The notes below the pieces were generated by a model. It was given only the letters and a program-made list of their open reading frames with translations, had not been told where the DNA came from and did not search any database. Below are positions 29,231-38,069 of a DNA stretch of 64,000 bases, in pieces (the first letter of the stretch is position 1; every line of letters begins with the position of its first letter). Made by a program: the position numbers and the translations under genes. Source of the DNA: an uncultured delta proteobacterium (GTDB lineage Bacteria; Myxococcota_A; Polyangia; Polyangiales; Polyangiaceae); NCBI GenBank assembly GCA_963782055.1, contig CAWAIF010000003.1, forward strand, positions 6,208,001 to 6,272,000. Direction: 5' to 3'.

Positions 29231-29391
29231 CGCGCTAGAGGGCGTGCACAACGCCGCGCTGGATGGCCCTCCGTCGTATGAGGCCACCCCCGAAAACTGA
29301 ACTCGCACAGGCACCTGGTCGGCGACCCTCAGAAAATCGAAACGCCACGAAAACTCTCCTTGTGCGTGCGCAATAGGAGGAGAGCCACGCA

Positions 29392-29955
29392 GTGACCGAT
29401 ACTCCCAGGCCGCCGCCGGACAGCTCGATGCCCATCTACCTCGCCCATGAAGATGCCGACGGCCAGGAGCTTCACGTTCGACGGCGACCTGGCCGACCTC
29501 TCAAGATCGCGCCTGCTCCCGATGCCGACCAGGAGGTGTACCTACGCCAACTCAACGCCCGGCGGGAGGACCACATCGAGAGAGATCCAGTGCGTCGTGC
29601 CCGAGCATCCGAGGATCTCCTCCACTCCACGTTGGTCGCGATGGCGGAGGAATGTGCGTCGATCGGGTTCGACGTTCGACATGGCCTCCGCGTGGGACAA
29701 CATCCGAAGCAGATCGAGCAGACGATTTCACGCCACGTCGATGGCGTCTTGAAGATCGCCAACGTGATTCTGACGATGAGGAGGACCGGCATCGAGCCCG
29801 ACATCTCGCCCTCCACGGTCCAGGTCCTCAGGGAACTCTGGATGGACACCGTGGCCGAGGTCGCACGCGGGACGTTGCCGGACGAGTTGGCCGAGAAGGT
29901 CCTGAAGATGTACGAATCGCGGATCGATGGGGCGGCGACTTCCACCACCGACTGA
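29392..29955 (+). CDS. Hypothetical protein with an AT-hook-like RRPGRP motif
   Basis: AGGAGG RBS before GTG; plausible amino-acid composition. Confidence 0.6.
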   Translation: MTDTPRPPPDSSMPIYLAHEDADGQELHVRRRPGRPLKIAPAPDADQEVYLRQLNARREDHIERDPVRRARASEDLLHSTLVAMAEECASIGFDVRHGLRVGQHPKQIEQTISRHVDGVLKIANVILTMRRTGIEPDISPSTVQVLRELWMDTVAEVARGTLPDELAEKVLKMYESRIDGAATSTTD

Positions 29956-29974
29956 GCGCTGTCCCGGAAGTACG

Positions 29975-30646
29975 CTACCCGACCAGCCCCTGCTGACCCC
30001 CTCCAGCTCCGTCAATTTGTTGGTCGGCGGGGCTCGATTCCGGAGGAGGTTTTCGGGACGACGCCAGCGTGGCCGCCAGCGTGGACTTCGGGATCTTCAA
30101 CGCGATGGAGATCGCCCTCAGCGTCCGGCCCTCGATCCTCATCGCCCTGGCCTTCGCGACCGTCTCCGGATCCATCCTGGGCGGACGACCCCAAGAGCCC
30201 CCCTCCGCCTCGATCCGCTCACGGGCAGCGGCGATTCGCTCCCCCAGCGCCAACCTCTCCATCTTGGCGGCCCAGGCCATCACCGAGATGATGATCTCCG
30301 CAGCCGGGCCGCTCAAGTCGAACCCGTCTGCCACGCTTACCACCTCGATTCCGGCCGTTCGCAGCCCCTCCAGGGTCGTCAACGTGTCGGCGATGCCCGT
30401 TCGGGTCAGGCAATCCAACCGAAACAAGTAGAGGCGATGACCTCGAAGGCGACCCGCACGAGCTTCCCGCAGAAGGCGTTGAAGCTCCGGTCGGTCCATC
30501 GTCTTGGCAGACCGCTTCTCCGCGAACCAGGTGCCGATCGAGTCACCTCGGGCGGCGGCAGCTCGTTCGATGGCGGCCCGTTGGGTCGCGTGGTCCTGGG
30601 CCCGCGAGGACACGCGAATGTAGGCGGTGGAACCGGCGATACCCAT
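29975..30646 (-). CDS. Small serine recombinase (resolvase/invertase) with a C-terminal HTH
   Basis: AYIRVSS, RPELQRLL, RLDCLTR, GSWGRPP, TLRAISIALKIPKSTL. Confidence 0.9.
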   Translation of the reverse strand: MGIAGSTAYIRVSSRAQDHATQRAAIERAAAARGDSIGTWFAEKRSAKTMDRPELQRLLREARAGRLRGHRLYLFRLDCLTRTGIADTLTTLEGLRTAGIEVVSVADGFDLSGPAAEIIISVMAWAAKMERLALGERIAAARERIEAEGGSWGRPPRMDPETVAKARAMRIEGRTLRAISIALKIPKSTLAATLASSRKPPPESSPADQQIDGAGGGQQGLVG

Positions 30647-31066
30647 CCCCCTACAACACCGTGGCAACCGCCTGGATCAAGGTCGAGGAGCCGATGGCGA
30701 CGGGGGTCGGCATGATTCTCTCTCCTCTACAGAAGTCCTTGCCAGCGACACTAGCGATCCAGTACCCCCTCCAGGGGCGGACACTGATCGCTGGCGTCGC
30801 TGGAGGTCGGGCTCCCCTGGGCGGGGGCCCGATCATCACCTCGGCCTCGTCGATCTCGGATCCGGGCGCGACTCCGAACGTCGAGGGCGCCGAAGCGTGC
30901 TGACCACCACGGGCTCCCGGCATCGCCGCGATGGTGGTCTCCCGGGCGGTGAAGATCACCATGATGAAATACGCTCGATTATCTGGCCGGTCCTCCGTCC
31001 ACGCCGGTACAGCCCGTTCGGTGGGCACTCGCACGGCGATCGGCCGATCCCCGAAACTGCGGAACC

Positions 31067-31378
31067 GACCCCACCCCCAAGAACGGGTCCCATCCCGTCC
31101 GGCAGCTTCGCGAAATTTGGGTCGTCGGCGAATTCGACGAGATCGCCCCCACCCCCATCAAGTGGGTCCCATCCAGGCTGCCCGGGCGGGCTCACGAAAT
31201 TTGGGTCGTCGGCGAATTCGGCGATCGCCCCCACCCCCATCAAGTGGGTCCCATCCCGCACGCTCGGGCAGCTTCGCGAAATTTGGTTCGGCGGCTACTT
31301 CGACGGGATCGACCCACCCCCTCAAAAGGGGCCCCATCCAGGCTGCCCGGGTGGGCTCGCGAAATGTTGGTCGGCGGA
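31067..31378. repeat. Four ~83-bp tandem repeats with alternating A/B variants
   Basis: CGAAAT(T/G)T at 31111, 31195, 31277, 31360; a 34-bp identical block at 31141 and 31223. Confidence 0.9.
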
Positions 31379-31705
31379 CCCCGGGCCGAGGACCCCAAAA
31401 CAGTCCTGAGGCGGGCGTGGGTGTCCCTCGTCGTCGTGAGCACAACTTCGTGTCGCGCAGCTCGTGCAGAGCAGGGCGCCCGGCCAACTGTTCCGGGCGC
31501 CCTCCTCGTCACCGACGACTACTTCGACGGCGGAGCGTTGTCTCTGCCGCCACCCGACGGATTCGGCGTCGTGCTCGGCCAGTTGCCCCCGTAGCCTTGG
31601 CCGCCCTTGGGGACTCCGCCGCCCTTCGGACCCCCCACCGCTACTTCCCTTGCCCATGACGTGCGGGCTATCGATTGTGGCGACCACAACGGCTACTCTC
31701 GTCAG

Positions 31706-33221
31706 GTCTCTGCTTAGCGGCCGGAAGACGGCCCGCGGCCCGGGCGTGACGTCGACCGTCGGAGGACTCGCCGGCTAGTGGGCAAAGACAGACGGAGGCG
31801 GCTTGCCGTGGAGGTGACTTTCGTACAGCCCGATGACGAAGCCCCGAAGCGGGAGCTGGCACTTGCGCCGCGTCTGCGTGATGCTCATCCAGTGCGCCAG
31901 GGTGGCGCTGCCGGCGGCCGAGCGCGTTCCGCCGGTCATCGCGCGGTGCCGCCCGTGGGCGCGGATGTCGCGTTCGGTCGCGTTGTTCGTGGCCGGGACG
32001 TCGGGGCGGTCGATGAAGAGCGTCACCCCCACCTTGTGCTCGTCGAGGCGCTCCTGCAGCCGGACGATGTCCGGGAACTCCACGAAGTTGGTGCTGCTGA
32101 TGAGATGGCCGAGGCGGATGCGCGCGCCTCGGCGCTGCTCGGGATCGCCGCTCGCCGCGGCGTGCTTGCCCGCGACGTAGAAGCCGATGAGTCGGTCGCG
32201 GAACTCCTCGGTCGCGGCGCACGGGGTGAGCTCGGCGATCTTCTTGGCCTCGCGGATGGTGTGCGCACCGCAGTAGGCGTGGGTCCAGCCGTCGTGACTC
32301 GTGTACACGCCGTAGAAGTCGGTGCACAGGACTCCTTTGAAGCTCGCGCCGAGCATCGACTCGGCGACCCACGCGCCGCGCGACAGCTCGGCGCGGAAGA
32401 CCGAGACGCGGTCGGTGCGCATCAGCCACATCCAACCCGGCACGCCGTCCTGTCGATGGCCGCTCTCGTCGAGGCCCGCCACGGGCGATGCGCGCACCGC
32501 GTCGACCAGCTCGTCGTAGCTCGGCGCCGAGCGGCGTCGCAATCGGTCGAACATCTGCGCCAGGCCGCCGGTCGTGATCGAGATGCCGAGCCACTGTCCG
32601 AGGAACGCACTGATCTTGCCCAGCGGCATGTCGCGCTCGAAGCGCAGGTCCAGCGCCATCGCCTGCACGTTGGGGCCGAACGACACCGCGGCGACGCTCT
32701 TGCCCGCCGCCGGCGCGCCCGGCAGCTTCGCGACCACGCGCTTGTGGCACACCTCGCAGCTGCCGACGTGCGCCACGTGATGCGTCTGCCGCGGCTGCAC
32801 CACTGGGATGTCGGTGACGACTGTGCTGTCCGTCTCGCCCGTCGCCACGACTGCCCCGCCACAGCTGCACGTCGCCGGCATCTCGTGCACGACTTCGTCG
32901 TCGACGTGGGCCGGTGCGGCGGGCCGCAATCCGACATGGCCCACCTTGCGGCCGCGCGGCTTGCCCGAGGGCGCCCGCCGACCCTCGGAGCGCGACGTCC
33001 GCCGCTTCCCGCGCTCCCGGAACCCGCGCTTCCACTCCTCGATCTCCTTGCGCAGCTTCGCCAGCTCTTCGCGAAGCGCGGCGTTCTCCTGCTCCAGCTC
33101 CTGGATCCGCTGCTCGGGCGTCACGTGATCCGGGATGCTCCCGATCAGGTCCCATGGAAAGAACTTCTCGCATCAGGAACGAAGAATGGACCCACAGTGT
33201 GCGACACCGCTAAGCAGACAC
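31706..33221 (-). mobile_element. IS66-family insertion sequence, single-ORF type (1516 bp)
   Basis: 15-bp TIRs GT(C/G)TCTGCTTAGCGG (14/15 match); 8-bp TSD CTCGTCAG at 31698-31705 and 33222-33229. Confidence 0.92.
31775..33124 (-). CDS. tnpC: IS66 family transposase
   Basis: Coiled coil, C-x-C...C-x2-C zinc finger, LDESG, TDFYGVY, CGAHTIRE, TNNATERDIR. Confidence 0.93.
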   Translation of the reverse strand: MTPEQRIQELEQENAALREELAKLRKEIEEWKRGFRERGKRRTSRSEGRRAPSGKPRGRKVGHVGLRPAAPAHVDDEVVHEMPATCSCGGAVVATGETDSTVVTDIPVVQPRQTHHVAHVGSCEVCHKRVVAKLPGAPAAGKSVAAVSFGPNVQAMALDLRFERDMPLGKISAFLGQWLGISITTGGLAQMFDRLRRRSAPSYDELVDAVRASPVAGLDESGHRQDGVPGWMWLMRTDRVSVFRAELSRGAWVAESMLGASFKGVLCTDFYGVYTSHDGWTHAYCGAHTIREAKKIAELTPCAATEEFRDRLIGFYVAGKHAAASGDPEQRRGARIRLGHLISSTNFVEFPDIVRLQERLDEHKVGVTLFIDRPDVPATNNATERDIRAHGRHRAMTGGTRSAAGSATLAHWMSITQTRRKCQLPLRGFVIGLYESHLHGKPPPSVFAH

Positions 33222-33270
33222 CTCGTCAGGCGGTCATCCGCTGGTCGTCGGTCTCATCGAGGGGAGCAAC

Positions 33271-34401
33271 ATGTCGGAAGCCTGGGTCTACATCGATGAG
33301 TCGCAAGGACCGGCTGCCGACGCCGTGGACCCGGGCAAGCCGTTCCGCGTGGGCGCCCTCGTCGTCGAACGCGAAATCGGCGATGACCTTATCAAGAAGG
33401 CGCTCGGAAAGCTCGCTGCTGATCCCGACGCGAGGGGTAACGCAACAGACGAAGAGACCCTCAGGCGCGGGTACTTCCACGCCTCCTTGGACAGCAAGAA
33501 CGCGCACTCGTGGTTGAGCCGCGAGATCGTCGCCGCCCCGATCGACGGCGCATTCTCCGACATGCAGTGGCACTTCGGGCGCAAGGACTCGGGGAAGTAC
33601 GGGCCCGGCGAGCTACATCCGCTCATGAACCTGCTTGCTGCGCTGACAGTCACGCAGGACGACTACGATGCCGTCCACCTCGTGGTTGCGAGGCGCGAGG
33701 GGACCTTCGACGAGGGGAACGTGGCGGATTGGGGTACCTACTGGCGCTCACGCTGCCTCGGCGCATTTGCGAAGCAGCCCAACATTCCAACCCGGTTCCC
33801 GCTGATGACGATCAAGCTGGTCGGTGGAGATGAGCCCGGCGTTCAGGTCTGCGACATCGTGCTGTGGGCGGTCCAACGCGCCGCGCTCGACGCGCTCAGG
33901 GCCACGGGCAACGACGATTGGCTGAAGCGCCTCGGTCTCACAGCGTGGGCTGGTGGCGGTGAAGTGGGCGGTGCGCAGGAGCAGGTGAGCGTCACGCTCG
34001 GCAAAGGCGTGAAGCGTAACTTCCTTCCGAACCTCAGTGGCGGGAAGCCCCGTGCGGTAGGGGATCTCGGCGAGGGTGAAACCCTGATTCTGATGCGCGA
34101 GATCGAACAGGAAGTAGTCCGCGTCGCGGCTCTCGCGTCCGGGCACCACCGCGTCGGTCATCTCGCGAACGAACTCGGAGAGGTGGTCACCTCCCTCAAC
34201 GGCAAACCGACCGTTGACGACATCCTCAAGTTGGCAAGCGCATTCCTCCTCGTGTGCGACACGTTGCCGACCTACGACCCAGCCGATGCCGCCGCCTACG
34301 TTCGCGTCGTCGAGCGTCGTCGGGTCGCCGCAGCCGTCGTCGATGTTTCGCAGATCACGTCGTTCGGCATGGCGATGCTCTGGAGCCGCTCACCACGGTA
34401 G
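33271..34401 (+). CDS. DUF3800-like (RNase H-fold) protein with a C-terminal extension
   Basis: N-terminal VYIDESQG, FHAS, and PGVQVCDIVLWA (QxxD) pattern. Confidence 0.65.
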   Translation: MSEAWVYIDESQGPAADAVDPGKPFRVGALVVEREIGDDLIKKALGKLAADPDARGNATDEETLRRGYFHASLDSKNAHSWLSREIVAAPIDGAFSDMQWHFGRKDSGKYGPGELHPLMNLLAALTVTQDDYDAVHLVVARREGTFDEGNVADWGTYWRSRCLGAFAKQPNIPTRFPLMTIKLVGGDEPGVQVCDIVLWAVQRAALDALRATGNDDWLKRLGLTAWAGGGEVGGAQEQVSVTLGKGVKRNFLPNLSGGKPRAVGDLGEGETLILMREIEQEVVRVAALASGHHRVGHLANELGEVVTSLNGKPTVDDILKLASAFLLVCDTLPTYDPADAAAYVRVVERRRVAAAVVDVSQITSFGMAMLWSRSPR

Positions 34402-34435
34402 TACGGCGCGTTAGGCGACCCTGAACCGCCGCTAG

Positions 34436-34514
34436 AGCCCTTGACAGGAATCGAACCTGCGACCGTCCCCCTGACTTGCGAAAGGGGCGCTCTATCCGAC
34501 TGAGCTACAAGGGC
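34436..34514 (-). ncRNA. tRNA-like RNA with a non-canonical anticodon arm
   Basis: GCCCTTG TA GCTC AGTCGGATA GAGC G CCCCT TTCGCAAGTC AGGGG GACGGTC GCAGG TTCGATT CCTGT CAAGGGC T: intact acceptor, D and T arms with a 10-nt anticodon loop. Confidence 0.85.
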
Positions 34515-34520
34515 ACCTGA

Positions 34521-34549
34521 ATCCTACCGAACGGCACGACGCCCGCCAA
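34521..34549 (-). promoter_or_regulatory. Putative sigma70 promoter of the tRNA-like RNA
   Basis: TTGGCG-N17-TAGGAT ending 6 nt before G1. Confidence 0.65.
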
Positions 34550-34807
34550 GATCGAGTCGGCCGGTCGCGGAAGACGGTCACCGGCACCGGCGGTGATCGG
34601 TGTCTCCGTCCGTCCCTCATGAAAGACCAGCCATCTCGTTGTGCCGCCCCACACAGGACGGGAGCAGCATCGCTCGGGTCGTCACACGCTGGTCGATCGT
34701 CGGGGGTAGGGCACGCGGCGTCCCGGTGCATCGTGACCCGAGGGAGCTGGCGCCGAAGCGTCGCCAGCTCCTTCGGTACGTCGTGCAGCTTCAGAGAGCG
34801 CAGACGC

Positions 34808-36817
34808 TTATGCGAATCGCGCCGCCAGCCCACGAAGAACGGTCTCGGCCCTGGAAAGTGTTTCGTGCGAAGCCGGGACCGTCTTCGTTCGCCAGCCATC
34901 AACGACCGCCACCAAGCACTCGACCTTGCGCTCGTGTGTGAAGTCCCCCCACCCGTTCTCCGTGTAGAGCTGCTGCATGAACGGGACATTCAACACGGAC
35001 GCCTTCGCAGGCATCGTGAACCCCGCTCCTTTGAGCCTCGTGACGGCCGCGAGAAGCTCGTCACGATGAATAACGTCTTCGACCTGGGCCTGCGGCACGC
35101 CAAGAATGTCGGAGTCGGACATCAACGCGACGGCCTTGCCGCCCGGCAGCAGGTCTCGTCGCAACTGCCCGCCCTTTTCGAGACCGGCCTTGTCGCCATC
35201 CAGCAAGACGACGAGCTGTTGGTCGGTCGTCCCGGGGTGAGCGAAGAGCGAGACGAGGGGCACCATGTGCGAAGTCCCGCCCGCGAAGAGGATCACGATG
35301 TCGTCCGGGAGAGATGTCTTGCCGCTCTCGGTGAAGATCGTCTTGAGCCCCTGAAGGATGCAGTAGTCGGTGATTCCCTCGACAATCAACACGTGCTTGC
35401 CGATGAAGAGGGTCTGCGCAATCTCGTAGCCAAGCGCCGCTTGGAGAGGCAGAAGTGTGTCCCGGTCCCCCTCGGGCTCCGTTCCGAGCGAGACGTGGGT
35501 GTAGACCCGCTCGGAGCCCTCCGGCTTCTTCAGGTACACGGTCCGCACGTTGTCGAGATGGAGGGGATCCACCATGAACGGCGAGTGGGAGCTGTAGATC
35601 GTCTGGTTCTTCTCGGAGATACGCTGGAAGAAGCCGAGCAACTTCTGCTGGGCGCGAATGTGAAGATGAAGCCCGGGCTCGTCGAGCAGCAGGATCGCAC
35701 CCGCGTGGGCCTTCTCCGACTCGACGAGGAAGGTTAGGTAGAAGGAGAAGAACCACTGGAAGCCTTTGCTGCGCTCGTGGAATGGGATCTTCCAAGGGTT
35801 CTGGTTGTCGGACACGCGTAGAACGAGGTCTTCCCCATCGGCCTCGATATTCAACGTGTGCTGGCGTTGATCCCACCAGTCCATCCACTCGCCTGTCAGG
35901 GCGTACGACGCCGACTCCGTAAGGCTCGACCGCTCATCCTTGCGTCGTTGAACCTGGTCCTGCGTCTCGTTGGGCTGAATCGGAAGGCCGAGGCGTTGAA
36001 GCTCTTCCGGGTCGAGGTGAGTCCACTCGAACAGCGCCATCTGCGTCCTGACGCGTGGCTCCACGGGGGTCGCGCCCCGGTGCGCCAAGAAGGTCCGCAA
36101 GTTGATGCGAGTCTCCAGACGGCCGTAGTCGTCGAAGTAGATGAAGGTTGGCAAGTGCGCCTCGGTCCACTGCTCGACGGCGACCCTCGTTTCTTCGGGC
36201 AGGCGGATTGACGCGAGCGACTCGATTGCGGCGAGGTACTGCGGCTGCAGGTCGCCCAGAACGGCGGCGACCTGTGGGAGAAGGAGCTTCAACTTCCGCG
36301 CGCTGTCGCGGACCGCCGCAGCATCCTGGATGCCCGCCGACAGCGGTTGAACTTCGGTGCGCGCCTGCGCCAAGATGGTCTCGGCGGCTTCATCTGGCCC
36401 TTCCGCTTGGAGCGCCTGCTGCAAGTCGAGGACGACCGGCGGGATCGCGATGGGACTCGGCGCCAGATCGAAGGAGTAGGATCTCCTTCCCGCGTATGTC
36501 GTCGAGACCTCCACCGCCTCGGGAGTCGGAAGCCCAGCCGCCGTGAGACCGTCTCGATCGGCTGGCTCCAGCGCGAACCTCAACGACACCACGATCGGGT
36601 CGGTGCCCCTGTCCTTCGAGTAGCGCTCCTTCGGGTAGTCGTAGAGGAAATCGTAGCCGGTCCCTCCCGCGTTCTTGAACTTCCAGATCGCCTGCATCAC
36701 GGCTGACTTCCCGCTCTCGTTCTTCCCGAGCAGGCAGGTTACGTCGGGGCGGACCTTCACCCAGCCGGTGTCGGTGATGGTCTTGTACTTCTGGACCCTG
36801 AACTCGTTCAGTCGCAT
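34808..36817 (-). CDS. OLD-family ATP-dependent nuclease (ABC ATPase plus TOPRIM)
   Basis: GKNESGKS, RSKGFQWF, LLLDEPGLHLH, SHSPFM, LIVEGITD, LLDGD. Confidence 0.92.
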   Translation of the reverse strand: MRLNEFRVQKYKTITDTGWVKVRPDVTCLLGKNESGKSAVMQAIWKFKNAGGTGYDFLYDYPKERYSKDRGTDPIVVSLRFALEPADRDGLTAAGLPTPEAVEVSTTYAGRRSYSFDLAPSPIAIPPVVLDLQQALQAEGPDEAAETILAQARTEVQPLSAGIQDAAAVRDSARKLKLLLPQVAAVLGDLQPQYLAAIESLASIRLPEETRVAVEQWTEAHLPTFIYFDDYGRLETRINLRTFLAHRGATPVEPRVRTQMALFEWTHLDPEELQRLGLPIQPNETQDQVQRRKDERSSLTESASYALTGEWMDWWDQRQHTLNIEADGEDLVLRVSDNQNPWKIPFHERSKGFQWFFSFYLTFLVESEKAHAGAILLLDEPGLHLHIRAQQKLLGFFQRISEKNQTIYSSHSPFMVDPLHLDNVRTVYLKKPEGSERVYTHVSLGTEPEGDRDTLLPLQAALGYEIAQTLFIGKHVLIVEGITDYCILQGLKTIFTESGKTSLPDDIVILFAGGTSHMVPLVSLFAHPGTTDQQLVVLLDGDKAGLEKGGQLRRDLLPGGKAVALMSDSDILGVPQAQVEDVIHRDELLAAVTRLKGAGFTMPAKASVLNVPFMQQLYTENGWGDFTHERKVECLVAVVDGWRTKTVPASHETLSRAETVLRGLAARFA

Positions 36818-36964
36818 CGCGCCCACGACGGTACCACGGCCCAGTCCCGCCGAGATCGCGGCCTCGTCGCGACGACGGTCACCTGGTAGCGCTCGGCCCG
36901 GCGCCGTGACCCTTTCATCGCTCGCCGTGTGCTTCTAGGATCCGTCCGTTGGAAGGAGGCATCG

Positions 36965-37696
36965 ATGGCCGATGCGGGACCGTGGGCTTCGGGCCCGGGC
37001 GAGATACTTCGTCACGCGCTGAAGTTGCTCAAGAAGGATTCGGACACGAACCGGCGGCTCGCCATGATCCTCATCGACAACGCCGTCGAGTTGACGCTCA
37101 AGACGTACCTGGGGCTCCCCGGTCGGGTCACCGGCATCAAGATCGGTCGGGACAAGTTTCGCGACATCAGTGAGAGCTTCCCGAAGCTCCTCGACGCGAT
37201 GGAGGAGCACGCGGACGAGAAGCTCGCCGGGATCGATCTGGGCCAAGTCGAGTGGTACCACCGCCTGCGGAACGAGCTGTACCACCAGGGGAACGGGCTG
37301 ACGGTCGAGCGGCAGAAGGTTGATGTCTACGCCGAGCTGGCGAAGCTTCTGTACATGAACCTGTTCGGGTCGGAGATTGAGGTCGAGGAGGACGAACAGA
37401 TGGAACTCCTCGGCGCCTTCATGCTGGGGTGGCAGCGTTCGGAGCGAGCACGTTTGGCCCTTGTCCCAGGGGAGCGCGGCACGAAGTCGGCGTTTGCCGC
37501 CGCAGCGATGCGCTTACGCTTCCCCGAAGTGGACGGCGCTGACGCGAAGCTCGTCGCGGACTTCAACGAGCTACGTCAGGTCCGCAATCAAGTCGTACAT
37601 GGGCAGGTGGAGCGGACCGCCGTCACCCGCGAACTCGTCGAACGCGTGAACGAGCTCGCCAAGAGGGTGGAGTCGTTGAAGCCACGAAGCGGTTGA
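36965..37696 (+). CDS. Protein with two HEPN-like motifs
   Basis: DNAVEL...RNELYH and RNQVVH; AAGGAGG RBS. Confidence 0.72.
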   Translation: MADAGPWASGPGEILRHALKLLKKDSDTNRRLAMILIDNAVELTLKTYLGLPGRVTGIKIGRDKFRDISESFPKLLDAMEEHADEKLAGIDLGQVEWYHRLRNELYHQGNGLTVERQKVDVYAELAKLLYMNLFGSEIEVEEDEQMELLGAFMLGWQRSERARLALVPGERGTKSAFAAAAMRLRFPEVDGADAKLVADFNELRQVRNQVVHGQVERTAVTRELVERVNELAKRVESLKPRSG

Positions 37697-37761
37697 CGAA
37701 GACCGCTCTTGCTCGACCGCGTTCGGGAACGCCTCGTAACACCCCTCAGGTAGGGGTCGCT

Positions 37762-37785
37762 CTTCACACGACCTTTCACACGACC
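37762..37785 (+). repeat. Tandem arm-type site pair near attR
   Basis: CTTCACACGACCTTTCACACGACC. Confidence 0.8.
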
Positions 37786-37891
37786 TGATGGTCACGCCGA
37801 GCACTTCCCACTCCTTCCAGGTAACTCTGCGTCAAAGAGAATTCCCGACGAAAATGGGGTTTGCTCGGCACTTGCATGCAATATGCAAGTG

Positions 37892-37937
37892 CCTTGACAC
37901 GGTAGGGGTCGTAGGTTCAATCCCTATCGCGCCTACA
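37892..37937 (+). repeat. attR: duplicated 3' part of tRNA-Val
   Basis: CCTTGACACGGTAGGGGTCGTAGGTTCAATCCCTATCGCGCCTACA. Confidence 0.97.
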
Positions 37938-38069
37938 GAGATTCCGGCGAGTTAGCTTCCGGCCTCCGCGAGCGGGACGCTCGAACACCGGTACGTCGGC
38001 TCGGCGTAGTACGAGTCGCCCCCCGCGTCACACACCCGCCCACGCACGAGGCACCCCCCCACTGGCACG

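Noticed and set aside
30651..31034. 127-aa ORF upstream of the resolvase
   Set aside because: No recognisable motif or clear RBS, and overlapping ORFs on the other strand are equally weak.
31067..31378. CRISPR array
   Set aside because: The variable segments are short and recur alternately rather than being unique spacers; no cas genes are present.
31473..31503. Hairpin AGGGCGCCCGG-N9-CCGGGCGCCCT as a terminator
   Set aside because: No U-tract and no gene ends nearby; function cannot be supported.
34436..34514. Functional tRNA-Arg(TCG)/Ala(CGC), or the att remnant of a nested island
   Set aside because: The loop is 10 nt, so no anticodon can be assigned, and there is no G3:U70 pair. Both tRNA halves are present with no duplicate in the window, unlike an att fragment.
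34808..36817. Gabija or retron system
   Set aside because: No adjacent UvrD-like helicase or reverse transcriptase.
37749..37759. Secondary att core GGTAGGGGTCG
   Set aside because: An 11-bp match inside a small hairpin is too short to separate from chance.
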